Shown piece by piece: positions 12,355 through 26,225 of a stretch of DNA of 64,000 nt (positions within the stretch are counted from its first letter, which is position 1; each line of letters begins with the position of its first letter). This stretch comes from Eledone cirrhosa. Lineage: Eukaryota. The notes beneath the pieces are model-generated. The model was not told the origin of the DNA and did no database searches. It saw nothing but the letters and a program-made list of their open reading frames with translations. Location: assembly GCA_964016885.1 (NCBI GenBank), contig OZ024745.1, forward strand, positions 108,624,001 through 108,688,000, read 5' to 3'. The translations under genes were made by a program, and so were the position numbers.

Positions 12355-12530
12355 GGTTTTTTATCTCACATAATTATCTCACCTAATATCAAATCTATGA
12401 GATTTTGATATTATTTATTTTGAGAACAATACCTTAACATCAGTATGAGCGGCTGGTTACAGCTGGTTTGAACAGAAAGAGGTGATTGAATTCTGGCCAG
12501 ATACGGTTGGTTTAAATGCTAAAGGGTTAA
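12355..12530. mobile_element. piggyBac-like MITE, partial
   Basis: Family body and the AAAGGGTTAA end. Confidence 0.75.
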
Positions 12531-12994
12531 TTGATTATTCAATTCTGTGGCTGACTCACTGGCTGGTTGGTTGGGTGGCTGGCTGGTTGTAAGGTGCCTT
12601 GGCTAAAATATATCCATTATTTAAAGCATGCAGTATCATTATCCTCAAGAGAGTCAGTCAACTCTTAGCTACAGTGACTTTTGGCCAACACTTTCATTTA
12701 TGACAAGCAATAACTGCCAGTGGAAGATTTTAAACTTCAATGGCACTAACTATTTCTAATATGAATGGACAGATTCTACAAAAACATTGACAATAGATAT
12801 TTATTTTTTAAAAAATTGCTAAAACAAAAAAGTACTTAGTTTTGGTCACATCATTCATGCATAATGCCATTATACCTGTAAATTTCTGCACGGCTGTCAA
12901 AAAATATCCAGCGTGCACAATATATCAAAATGACATATTGATATTATTTCAAGAAGTTTGTTGCAAGAAATACCATTAATTCTTGTGTGTATGA

Positions 12995-13390
<396 letters not shown>

Positions 13391-13500
13391 CATTTTTTTT
13401 TTTTTTTCGACACTTTTGTGTCTTTTAGGGCATTATCTTTTGGGCTGGAGGTTTAGTAAGATTGTATTTTTTTTCTTTTTGTGCCTTTTAATCATTTTAG

Positions 13501-13566
13501 AAGCTGCTGGAAAATTTGCAATATGGCCGAGAGGAAAGTGACGTATTAGCATTGCATTTAAATTGA
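13501..13566 (+). CDS. Possible short terminal exon ([21 protein letters not shown])
   Basis: Pyrimidine tract and TTTTAG acceptor directly upstream; no homology recognised. Confidence 0.2.
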   Translation, partial: KLLENLQYGREESDVLALHLN

Positions 13567-13947
13567 AGACACACATCGACATTCTGTTAAAACACCATAT
13601 CCTAAGACATTATAAGATATCTTGCATGTGTGTGTGTGGTGTGGTGTGGTGGGGTGGGGAGTAGTGTAACTGTGCATGTGGGTTTTTCTGTGAGTGTTTG
13701 TGGTAGTGTGGAGAGAGAGGTAATGAGGTGATTAAAGTGAGAGAAACATACAAAGAGAGACTGGTGGAGAAATGTGAAATGAGATATGTGAAAATGCAGA
13801 AAAGGTACTGAGGAAATGGGAGGAAAAGAATGAGGAGAGGGGGGGAGGGGAGGGGATAAGTTTTGAGAGATTTGACTCAAAGATAAAGAGAGAGACAGAA
13901 ATGTTGTAATTAGCTGAAGAGAGAAGAGATATATGTAGCTAGAGTGG

Positions 13948-14016
<69 letters not shown>

Positions 14017-14020
14017 CTGT

Positions 14021-14064
<44 letters not shown>

Positions 14065-14253
14065 GATTGTTGAGAGAGGGATATATAGCAAGATTTATAT
14101 ACATATATGTGTGTGTATGTATATGTATGTATATATATATATGTGTGTGTGTGTACATATATATATGTGTATGTATGGGTGTGTGTGTGTGTGTGTGTGT
14201 GTGAGCATGCATATGTATACATATATATATATATACATATGCATGCTCACACA

Positions 14254-14279
14254 CATATGTATATATAACCGTGGATATT

Positions 14280-14325
<46 letters not shown>

Positions 14326-14351
14326 AATATCCACGGTTATATATACATATG
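14254..14351. repeat. Perfect palindrome centred on (TA)n
   Basis: AACCGTGGATATTTCTGTG-(TA)n-CACAGAAATATCCACGGTT. Confidence 0.95.
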
Positions 14352-14907
14352 CATATATATATGTATATGTCTGTATATGTATGTGTGTGTGTGTGCAAAA
14401 GAAAGAAAGGCATTATGAAAAATTGGAATATCACTATACAAGTCAAGACACCCATTTTTTAGTAAGCAATTAAGAAGATCATTCTGTCATAAATATCAAA
14501 GAGATGGCCTTATTTTCACAGCTAAACACTGTTAAAAGCACACAAGAGGAATTGAGACATTTTCCTATCTTCTTATGGAAGTCTTTTGACTTTACTTTAT
14601 TTTTTTCTTTCATTTCATCATTTTTTATTTTATTGTTAGTTGAATAGCAATTAGTGGAAGAGAAATAAGTCATTGGAATATATACTGAGTGTATCCATTG
14701 CCATCCGCAAGGACATTGTTTTAGTCTTTTTACATTATCATAGAAGCTGGAAATATAGAATTGTCTATGGGAAGAGAAAATATAGAGAGACTGGTTAGAG
14801 AAGACCATTAAAAAATGTGATGTATGATGAAATAAATGACAAATATATGTCTCTGTCTATCTGTGTGTGTGTGTGTTTGTGTGTGCGTGTGTGTGTGTGT
14901 GTGTGTT

Positions 14908-14955
<48 letters not shown>

Positions 14956-15087
14956 TGTGTGTGTGTTTGTGTGTGTGTGTTTCTGTGGGGGGGGGGGTAT
15001 GTATGTGTGTGTGTGTCTGTATATATATATACATATATAAATATATATCTCAGGAATTTTACCCGCCCTAGATAGATATAAATATAT

Positions 15088-15133
<46 letters not shown>

Positions 15134-15243
15134 ATAATAATAATAATAATAATAATAGTAATAATAATAAATTTGAAGACTAAAATCCAAAGAGGGCTCG
15201 ATAAGGATAAATATATATCAAATATATAAGAACCGTAGAGCAA

Positions 15244-15387
15244 ATATTTATTAAAATAACAGATTAAAGTTTAAGCAAAGAATCGCTGCTTTCACCCTTA
15301 ACGGGATCTTCTGAAACTAACCTTTCAGAAGATCCCGTTAAGGATGAAAGCATCGATTCTTTGCTTAAATTTTAATCTGTTATTTTA

Positions 15388-15395
<8 letters not shown>
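15244..15395. repeat. 73-bp-arm fold-back hairpin with a variant hammerhead on each arm
   Basis: Arms 15244-15316 and 15323-15395 with a 6-bp spacer. Confidence 0.9.
15268..15318 (-). ncRNA. Variant type I hammerhead fold (U4A core)
   Basis: AGUUU-CAGAAGA-U-CCC-GUUAA-GGG-U-GAAA-GCA-loop-UGC-UU-AAACU; all three stems pair; mirror copy at 15323-15369 (+). Confidence 0.5.
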
Positions 15396-15458
<63 letters not shown>

Positions 15459-15683
15459 TGAGTTATAAACTCGAAATAGTCTTTTACAATTAAATAGCTC
15501 AAAGAAGGGAATATTTCCGAAATTTGCTTCGCAACAATGTATATTATATATACATACATGCATGCATATATATATATAGATATATATATATATTTATAAA
15601 TATGTATAAATGTGGATAAGTATATATGTGCTTGCGCACACACACATGCATATAAATAAATAAATAAATATATATATATATAG

Positions 15684-15714
<31 letters not shown>

Positions 15715-15747
15715 TGCATGTATGTATATATTTATATATATGTATAT

Positions 15748-16090
15748 GAGACTAGAAAGAAATGAAGCGAGCATGCTCTGATGGATATGTAATGTTAGTG
15801 TGCATGAACAATGTAGCATAAGAGAGCTGAGAGAAAAAACTCTGCATAAGAAGAATTGAATACAGTGTGCAAGAGAGAAGACTATGTTGGTATGGATATG
15901 TGATGCATAAAGAATATGGCAGCTGTATAGAGAAATACAAAAAAATCTCTGTGACTGGAAACCATGGAAGGGGTAAACCCAGAAAGACTTAGAATGCAGT
16001 AATGAAGGACAGCTTTAAGAAGCAAAACTCTCCACCAACGATTTTATGTCTGAGAAATGGACAAAAATCCAAACCTCGTTTATAAGCTGA
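15748..16090 (+). mobile_element. RTE-clade LINE 3' ORF fragment
   Basis: Peptide [11 protein letters not shown]...[14 protein letters not shown] resembles the RTE C-terminus. Confidence 0.7.
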
Positions 16091-16167
16091 GGCAGTTAAT
16101 GAACACATTATGGCACAGTTTGACATTTTCATGAGGGGAGAAAATATAAGTTTTAATATTTTGATAT

Positions 16168-16667
16168 TTAACCCTTTAGCATTTACATAGAAAACCTGCT
16201 AGACAGCCCTATATGAGCGAGATATGGTCACCCGAGCAATCTTGCCTCAAGTAGGACAAATTCCCGTCTAAACCCATGCTGGCATGGAAGATAAACGTTG
16301 ATGATGATGATGATAATGAAGTTTAACGTTGATGATGATGATGATAATGATGATTACTCTATATATATAATTGTTTCTACGTTTGGCACAAGAACAGCAA
16401 GTACCCAGTGCATTACTGGTACTTTATTTTATCGACCCCGTAAGGATGAAAGGCAAAGTTATATAATATTGTTTTGGCAAATATATAATATTGTATTTTT
16501 GTGGTAAAGGCTTTATCTTACATAATATCGAATCTATGTGATTTTGATGTTATTTATTTTGAGAATATTTTAATGTCAGTATGACATTACTGGTTACAGC
16601 CAGTTTGAAAAGAAAGAGGTGAAAAAATTCTGGCTGGATATGGCCAGTTTAAATGCTAAAGGGTTAA
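16168..16667. mobile_element. piggyBac-like MITE interrupted by two nested retro-insertions
   Basis: Both TTAA ends present; consensus ATTTACAT|TACTCT split by a (GAT)n-tailed insert, followed by a SINE A fragment at about 16370-16460. Confidence 0.8.
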
Positions 16668-17027
16668 AATGTTTTAAGTGTCATTTAGAATATAGTTTTT
16701 GTTTAACAAATCCACTACATAATGAGTTTTTTACTATTTCACCTGTTTTATAAATGGATATATATAGAGATGTATTTTTAGTTTAAGATATTATTGAAAA
16801 AAAGATTTTCTTAAATCATTATGGAGACTGTTAAAAACACTAGAGGGAGATTGAAATGAATAGGAAATAGTTGAAAGAGATCAATTAAGAGAGTAGAAAG
16901 GGTAAGAAGAGACAGCAAGTGAGAGGGGAGAGGCAGAGTAAGAAAAAGTGAGGGTGACAATGAGAAAAAGTGAGGAAGAGAGAGAAAAAGCGAGGGTGAC
17001 AATGAGGAAAAGTGCAGACGAGAGATG

Positions 17028-17068
<41 letters not shown>

Positions 17069-17737
17069 AAGAGCGAGAGAAAACAAAACAAGGTTGAAAA
17101 AAAAAGTATAATTAAGACATAGAGAAAAACAGTCAGTGTGCATGTGTGTATGCGTATGTGTGCATACCTGTATGCGTATTACATGTGTAGCAGATATTCA
17201 TGGATGAAAAAGTTCAAATAATAAATTTGTTGGGAATATTCTCAAGGCAATTTTTAAAAATAACTCATGACAATATAGTAAATGTAGAAAAATTGTTTCA
17301 TTTTAGTATCTTATTTACATAGAATTTGAAGATGGTGAAAATCATCAAGATATTGACCCTCAATATAAGCCGATGTGCCCTCCTCCTCATTTACCATCCT
17401 CACACACTCTTTTACCATCAATTTTTTTGACACATATTCCATGGCTTATATTAGAGTATATACAGCAATTACATAATTATTCAGCATATATATAAGAATA
17501 ATATACAGAATTAAATGTCTGAGTAACTTTAGAGAAATAACTATTTAAAGGGACAAATGTAGGGTTAGAACCTACGATGTTCTGATTGGAAAGCGACCTT
17601 ATGGTAGCATATGAGTGATAGGAAATTCATTGTGTAAATTTTGAAGTGCTACAGAATGAGATATACATATAAATAAATATACAAACACACATGACATTAT
17701 TATGGTTGATCATAATTGCTGTTATCAAAGAAATTAT

Positions 17738-18430
17738 TTGGATTGGCAGTATCAGTAGAGGGTCGGACGCTATGCTTTGGCGCATAGAGTTACGGTCCTT
17801 GCCATTCTGAGTTCAAATCCCGCCGGGGTTACCTTTGCCTTTCATCCTTACGGGGTCGATAAAATAAAGTACCAGTAATGCACTGGGTAATTGCTGGCCT
17901 TGTGCTAAAAAGTAGAAACAATTTTTATTAATAATAAAGAAATCATTATTATTATTGAGTTATGGTCTGAGTTCAAATCCCGCTGGGGTTACCTTTGCCT
18001 TTCATCCTTACGGGGTCGATAAAATAAAGTACCAGTAATGCACTGGGTAATTGCTGGCCTTGTGCCAAAAGTAGAAACAATTTTTATTATTGAGTTCAAA
18101 TCCTTCGAAAGTTAGTTTTGTCTTTCATCCTTACAGAATCAATAAAATAAAGTACCAGTAATGTACTGGAGTCGATTTAATCGACTTTCCTCTCTCCTAA
18201 AAACTGTTGGCCTTGTGCCTAAATCAAAAACCATTATTATTATCAAAGATAATTGTTTCTACTTTTGGCACAAGGCCAGCAATTATCTAGTACATTACTG
18301 GTACTTTATTTTATCGACCCCGTAAGGATGAAAGGTAAAGTCAACCTCGGCGGGATTTGAACTCAGATCGTAAAGGGACGTAACTATGCTGGAAAGCATG
18401 GCGTCCGACCCTCTACTGATACTGCCAATC
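17738..18430. mobile_element. Cluster of four SINE A copies (three +, one -)
   Basis: Approximately 17738-17925, 17960-18085 and 18090-18240 (+); 18250-18430 (-). Confidence 0.85.
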
Positions 18431-18480
18431 AAAGATAATGTAGACAGATTGGAGTTAAGTCCTTTTGAGGCTCTATGCAT

Positions 18481-18692
18481 TTAACCCTTTAGCATTTACA
18501 TTACTCTATATATACTATTGTATTTTTGCAGTAAAGACTTTATCTCACATAATATGAATCTATGAGATTTTTATATTTATATTGAGAACAATACCTTAAC
18601 ATCAGTATGAAGGCCCAGTTACAGCCAAGTTGAACAGAAAGAAGTGAAGGAATTCTGGCCAGATACAGTCAGTTTATATGCGAAAGGGTTAA
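18481..18692. mobile_element. piggyBac-like MITE
   Basis: TTAACCCTTTAGC...AAAGGGTTAA. Confidence 0.85.
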
Positions 18693-19398
18693 AAGATTAA
18701 GATGTCCCCCCCTTCCTATATATAAAGTGAACAAAATGTCTTTTTCAAATTACAAATACATTTAATTGGAATAAAATAGTGTCTTTCTTCCCTTGATTCC
18801 CTAAGTATGTGCTTATTTTGCTATAATGGTTAATCCAGCCCTTAATGTAAATGAAACCATCATCAAAAAATTATTTTGGTTTTTATGCTCATTTTTAACA
18901 GGGGGGGGGGGGGGTCAGTGGTTCTTTTCTCATTTCCAAGTTCAATAATTTATACACTCTGATTGATATTGTTGTTCATTAACCTGGAGTTAATTGTGTA
19001 AATGATTTTGTCCTCCTCCCCTTCCTTTCTTTCATCATCTTATATTTACAACTATCATAGGAATCTTTGACAAATTTAACAAATAAAAAAATTACTGGGA
19101 AAGTAAAACATGAAATTAGTTCATGAAGGAGACGAGGAGGAAAAGAAGAAAAAAGTTGGAAAGGGAGAAAAAGAAAAAGAAAAGGTAAAGGAAGAAAAAG
19201 AGAGGTAAAGGAAGAAAAAGGAAAGGTAAAGGAAGAAATAGAAACGGAAAAAGAAGGTAAAAGAAGCTAGATTTCTCATGGCTCAATGACATTGAAGACT
19301 TTGTTCATTGTCCATTTGCTATGATTGATGCTGTGGGCAACGAAACTATGACCAATATATGTGTGTGTATATGTGTATATATATATAGAGAGAGATAG

Positions 19399-19449
<51 letters not shown>

Positions 19450-19518
19450 GATATGTGTGTGTGTGTGTATATATATACATATATATATATATGTGTGTGT
19501 GTGTATATATATATATAC

Positions 19519-19549
<31 letters not shown>

Positions 19550-20099
19550 TGTAAACTTCATAATTGGGGTAACTCACAGAGAAAATGAGGATATTTTTTT
19601 CTTCGTCAAGAGTCATTGCTTGGCTTGTTGGGATTTCCAATCCAACACTGTTTGGATGATATACTCAAGAAACTTATTTACAAAATATACCCCCTTTTTT
19701 TTTTCCTCCACCAACCGTCTCCCATTACTGTCGCTACTGCCACCAATCACCATTTTCATCATCACAAATACCACCCCAAGTACTATCACCACTATAAATA
19801 CTACAAACACCACCACTACCACCTTCAGAACTACCAATACCACCACAATCAACACTCCTTCCAACATCACCACAAAACAATATCAGAATTGCTACCATGA
19901 ATACTACAAACACCACCATCACCACAATCAACACTACCTCACCACACCTATCCTACCATATAACTCCACTACTACCAGCAATAACACCTTTGTCTTAAGG
20001 GACACACAAATCTAAGTAGCTAGTGTGAAAACTCTGTTAAATACAGTGAGAGCAATTTGATCTTTCCAATCTTGTTATTACGCTGAAGAAATCTTTATT

Positions 20100-20840
<741 letters not shown>

Positions 20841-21303
20841 AGTGTGTCTATGTCAAATATACTCCTGCCTTAAGACTTCGGACTTTGGAAGTTAAGTGTG
20901 TACTCTCACATATCTTCATCCTTTTCTTCCCTATTCTGTAGCTTTCTCTATTTTTTTCATGTATTTTTATGTATTCCTTTATTTATTTTGGCTGTTTCTC
21001 ACTTCCAAGAAGTTAGGATTTCCTTAAAATTCCTGTCTCCTCATTGATGCAAAATGTCATCAGTGGTTCCAACTAAGGTTTTGGTTAGCCATAAGGCATT
21101 AACAAAAAAAAACAAAAAACAACAAAAAAAAAACAACAACTATACAAACAACAGCAACAACAAGACAAAAAAAGCAAAGAATATAGAAGGAAATTAGCCA
21201 TGAAGATCAGTCAAGTAGTTAAAATGAAGTTTTGGGAATTGTAAACACTGTATAGAAAATGTATACCTCTACCGTTGGCTAGAAGCAAAGGCACTAATCA
21301 AAA

Positions 21304-21908
21304 TGGTGGTGATGGTGGTGGTGGTGGTGATGGTGGTGCTGGTGTGATGGTGGTGATGGTGATATGATGATGATGGTGGTAATGATGATGATGGTGATGG
21401 TAATGATGATGGTGATGATGGTGGTGATGGTGGTGGTAGTGGTGGTGGTGGTGGTGGTGGTGGTGGTGGTGGTGGTGATGATGGTGGTGATGGTGGTGGT
21501 GATGGTGGTGATGGTAGTGGTGGTGGTGATGATGGTGGTGGTGGTGGTGGTAGTGGTGGTGATGATGATGATGGTGGTGGTGGTGGTGGTGACGATGGTG
21601 GTGGTGATGGTGGTGACGATGGTGATGGTGGTGGTGATGATGGTGATGATGATGGTGGTGGTAGTGATGGTGATGGTAGTGGTAATGATGATGATGATGG
21701 TGGTGGTGATGATGGTGATGATGGTGGTGGTCGTGGTGGTCGTGGTGGTGACGATGATGATGATGATGGTGATAATGATGATGGTGGTGATGATGATGAT
21801 GGTGGTGATGACAGCGGTGGTGGTGCTGGTGGTGATAACGATGGTGATGGTGATGATGGTGTTGGTGATGATGGTGGTGGTGATGATGGTGGTGGTGGTG
21901 GTGGTGGC
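21304..21908. repeat. (GGT/GAT)n trinucleotide repeat
   Basis: Direct reading. Confidence 0.95.
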
Positions 21909-22635
21909 AATAATAATAAATAAATAGATGAATATGAAAACCACAGCTTTGCTACCAAAGATAGGCAAACCCTAATTTGACTGACTGACTAACTCAAGGT
22001 GGAATTTGGGTATTGCTAATGGAATTATGTTCTGGACACAATGGGCTTTCGTTTGTTAAGAAATATGCTCTGTTTTTTATTTAGTTGTTTGTTTTGTTTA
22101 AAATTTTTTATATGCATGTAAGATATCTTAATCTATTCTCTCATAATCACATTACAGAATATCCATATATAGCACTTTGCTCTATAAAAAAAAGAATAAA
22201 AAACACAAAAGACAAAATCAAAACAAAACAAAAAAAAAAGCAAGTCTGTCAGTACGATAACCTACTAAGTCTTATACTGTTGCATCAATGATTTTATATA
22301 CTATAACAAATTAGGTCTTTGTAAGTCACTAAGAGAATCATCTATGTGGTTGCCTGGCCTGTTAGAAATTACAGCCAAATGTCTCAAAATCATAGTCTTT
22401 AAAGAAAAAATATGAAAAACAGTTCTTGAGAGATAAATGGAATAGGCTCAAACATTCTGTCTGGAACTGTAGAGTAGATCTTCTTGATCAGAGTTGAGCT
22501 GGAGCTAGATAACAACAAGATCTTTAAGAAAAACAATGGAATTTCACTGGTTTCAATTTTGTTACTTCAGTCACAAACCCAGACACATAGAAATGGAAGA
22601 TATAAAAATATTTTTCTTTTTTTTAATGTATGGCG

Positions 22636-22975
22636 GAAGGAAGAAAGGAAGGAACTCCGTCGGTTACGATGACGAGTGTTCCAATTGATCCGATCAACGG
22701 AACAGCCTGCTCATGAAACTAACGTGCAAGTGGCCGAGTATTCCACAGACGTGCCTACACTTAACGTAGTTCTCAGGGAGATTTAGCGTGACACAAAATG
22801 TGACAAGGATGGTCATTTGAACTACAAGTACAACTCACTTTTGCCAGCTAAGTGGACTGGAGCAATGTGAAATAAAGTGTCTTGATCAAGGGCACAACGT
22901 GCCACCGGTAATCAAATTCACAACCTTACGATTGTAAGCCAAATACCCTAACCACAAAGCCATGCTCCTTCACAA
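22636..22975 (-). mobile_element. SINE B-related element with a different 3' tail
   Basis: tRNA-like head and CTTGATCAAGACACTTTATTTCACATTGCTCCAG on the minus strand. Confidence 0.7.
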
Positions 22976-23321
22976 ATGTATGGCAGTATTGGTTTATTAT
23001 CATATAACAAATATATATGATTATCATCATCATCATCATCATCATCACCGTTTTACGTCCGTTCTTCCACGCTAGCATGGGTTAGACGGGTTGTCCTGAT
23101 TATATAGAAGTAAATACATGTAATCAATTAATTATTGCTAGAAACCTTATAAATATAATAAACAAAAAATATATATAATTAAAGAGTAAAAAAATCATCA
23201 ATTCAACTATATATATATGAAACAATATCTGTAGGTGTGAACAGGAAAATACACTGCTCAATTAGGAAAAAACCAAAAATATTATAAACTTGTATAAGTG
23301 TCTGAAGAAAGGTCACTAATT

Positions 23322-23395
<74 letters not shown>

Positions 23396-23425
23396 AGATC
23401 AAAAGATGGTTAAATGAGTTCCATG

Positions 23426-23496
23426 TATTTTATTATGCGCATTTCAAAAACAAATATCATCATGCAATAACATTTGTGTTTTCATCAGATAAAATA
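23426..23496 (-). ncRNA. Type I minimal hammerhead ribozyme (palindromic GCGC loop III)
   Basis: UAUUUUAU-CUGAUGA-[14-bp stem II]-GAAA-U-GCGC-A-UA-AUAAAAUA; perfect 8-bp stem I. Confidence 0.85.
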
Positions 23497-23616
23497 GGAA
23501 GACATGATATGAAGGTTAAAAACACTTGTGGATAGTGCAGTTTTAAATCAACATATATATGTTGATTTAAAACTGCACTATCCACAAGTGTTTTTAACCT
23601 TCATATCATGTCCTCA

Positions 23617-23687
23617 TATTTTATCTGATGAAAACACAAATGTTATTGCATGATGATATTTGTTTTTGAAATGCACATAATAAAATA
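23617..23687 (+). ncRNA. Type I minimal hammerhead ribozyme (mirror copy, loop III GCAC)
   Basis: CTGATGA at 23625-23631, GAAA at 23668-23671, predicted cleavage after A23679. Confidence 0.8.
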
Positions 23688-23813
23688 CATGGAACTCATT
23701 TAACCATCTTTTGATCTTATATATTATGTATACTCCAGTCCTACAAACTGTAGAGTGCTTCTTATCCGATATCTGCATTGCTTTATTGTACTACAATAAA
23801 ACTCACCTCCTAC

Positions 23814-23856
<43 letters not shown>

Positions 23857-24130
23857 AGATAATTCGTTTTTGAATTTTTGAATTTGTTTTACGAGATTTC
23901 TTAAAACGTTTGTTGAAACAGGTATTGTTGTAGGGCAGATCAAAAGAGAGACACAAAATAAAAACCTACTCACTGAGGTCACAGAATGTGTGATGAAAGA
24001 GTTTTGACAATATATAAACAACCTCCAGGTTATCAAACCAACCAACTAACTAACCAGAAACTTATAATAAATTGAAGTGAAAACTAACAGGTGCGTGTTG
24101 TTTATTGGTAGCATGAGCCTGCCAAAGTAT

Positions 24131-24167
<37 letters not shown>

Positions 24168-25264
24168 TGTGTGTATGTGTGTTTATGTGCCAGAATTGTT
24201 TACTGCCTCCATCTACTAAAGCCACTCACAAAGCATAAATTGGCCCAAGGTTTTGGGGAGAAGATACTTGCCCAGATTGCCATACAGAGAAATGGAACTA
24301 AAAACCACATAGTTGTAAGGTAAACTTATTAACTTCAAAATAATATAGTTTGCAATATAATAACTGACTATAGTATGACTAATAGAGTGGGTGTTTCACT
24401 AAATAGAATATGACACTAGAATCATTTTACTTTGCTCTGAAATGGAGGAACAGCTAAGTACAAAGTCACCATTACGTGACTTAAATGTATAAAATTAGGA
24501 TCTCAATGGTGGAGAGGGCAGTAAAACAAACTTCGCTTTGTCAAGTTATTATTTTTGTGACTTTCTAGATGATTTATACAAGGGATGAACAGATTGCAAA
24601 TGGGGAATTTTAAATATTTTATCATTGAAAATATTTCTCAAAGATAACAAGAAATCGTATGACATAAATGTTTGTAAGTCTTGTCATTAGCTTTGGCCTT
24701 GGAAAGTTTGCTGGAAGTAGTGGTGGTGGAGATAGGGGTGAGATATTCAACTAATCAATTTGTTTTAATATATATTACTGGTGACCTCAAAAACTAAATC
24801 TTGTTATTTTAAAATTTCTGTCAATGTTATGTTTTGTGAGGACATATCTAAAATAGATATTTTCACTTTGTTAGATAAATAAGATAAGGATGTAATATTC
24901 ATACATCACTAATTTCATGTGAGCTAATTGGAAAGCTAGTAGCTGGACACAGAGAACTGTAAGACTCTTCTATATTCAGATTTTTGCTTGAGAAAGCTGA
25001 AATTAAAGATGGATTTATCATCTGTGTGACATTTCTGTCCTCCACCCATAAATTGATAACCAACGATAACTATCGCTGTTTTAAGTAAAATATTTATTTT
25101 TGGTCTGCAAATAATAATAAACAAGTAATATATTGTCAAATTTCTAAAATTTTAAATATTTTTTACATTCTTTTTTTCTGGACACACACACACACACAAA
25201 CAACCACAACAAAACTTGTTCTAGCAAGCTAATGAGGTAGTCTATGTTATTATTTGACCTGCTC

Positions 25265-25484
25265 GGGCGGTGGATTGGCAGTATTGGTATAGGGTCAGAC
25301 GCCATGCTTTGCAGCACAGAGTTACGGCCCTTTATGATTTGAGTTCAAATCCCACCGAGGTTAACGTTGCCTTTCATCCTTACGGGGTTGATAAAATAAA
25401 GTAGCAGTCACGCACTGAGGTCAATTTAATCGACTTTCCCTTCCACCAAAATTGCTGGCCTTGTGCCTATATAAGAAACCATTC
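25265..25484 (+). mobile_element. SINE family A, full length
   Basis: GGGCGGTGGATTGGCAG head, GAGTTCAAATCC B box. Confidence 0.85.
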
Positions 25485-25537
25485 TTTGACCTGCTAGAAC
25501 AAGCAGCCAAATACTCTTCAAATCACACCTTAGCATC

Positions 25538-25749
25538 TTAACCCTTTATATTATTATTGTATTTTTTGTGGTAAAGGCTTTATCTTAAATAATTATCTCA
25601 CATAATATCGATTCTACGAGATTTTGATGTTATTTATTTGGGGAACATTACTTTAATGTCAGTATGAGTAGCGAGTTACAGCTGGTTTGAACAGAAAGAG
25701 GTGAGAGAATTCTGGCCAGATACGGCCAGTTTAAATGCTAAAGGGTTAA
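25538..25749. mobile_element. piggyBac-like MITE
   Basis: TTAA ends and family body. Confidence 0.85.
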
Positions 25750-26011
25750 AGAAAGAACACATTGCATAATATTGTCCTACAAACATTTATAATTTTAACA
25801 AAAGATGAGTTGATGATGGTCTGGACATATTGTCATCTTGAGACTATTCAGTAAAGGTTCATTTGAGGGTAAAGAGAAAAGATAACCTCTTAAAATCTTT
25901 GAAGTAACTATGTACTACAACCTATCAACATAGCATTGCCTCCTTATACCCACTACCCTCTCTCACTCTCCAAACATCAGTACTAAACTCTTTACCAAAG
26001 CAATCCATTTC

Positions 26012-26225
26012 AATTATGTGGTCTAGTGGTAAAAGTGTTGAACTTACATTCATAATGTTGTGGGTTCGATTCCATACTGTGTTGTATTCTTGAGCAAAAC
26101 ACTTCATTTCACATTGCTCCAGTATACTCAGCTGAAAATTAGTACCAGTAATAGCTGGTGATGGACTATTGTATGCTCAGTTGCTTCACATCATGGAAAT
26201 TGGGATAAGCACCAGCCCAATGAGC
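26012..26225 (+). mobile_element. SINE family B, diverged copy
   Basis: TGGTCTAGTGG, GGTTCGATTCC, TTGAGCAAAACACTT. Confidence 0.7.

Larger units (their letters stand above)
23386..23727. repeat. 342-bp near-perfect palindrome (171-bp arms, no spacer)
   Basis: Centre CAACATAT|ATATGTTG at 23556/23557; only a few mismatches between arms. Confidence 0.95.

Noticed and set aside
15496-15545. Hammerhead-like CUCAAAGA-AGGGAAUAUUUCC-GAAA
   Set aside because: The core is not CUGANGA and there is no UH or stem I in register.
17322-17420. Possible exon EFEDGENHQDIDPQYKP after an AG acceptor
   Set aside because: No convincing donor and no recognised homology.
23968-24010. CUGAGG-UCACA...UGUGA-UGAAA motif
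   Set aside because: Incomplete core and no convincing stem I or III; at most a highly decayed remnant.
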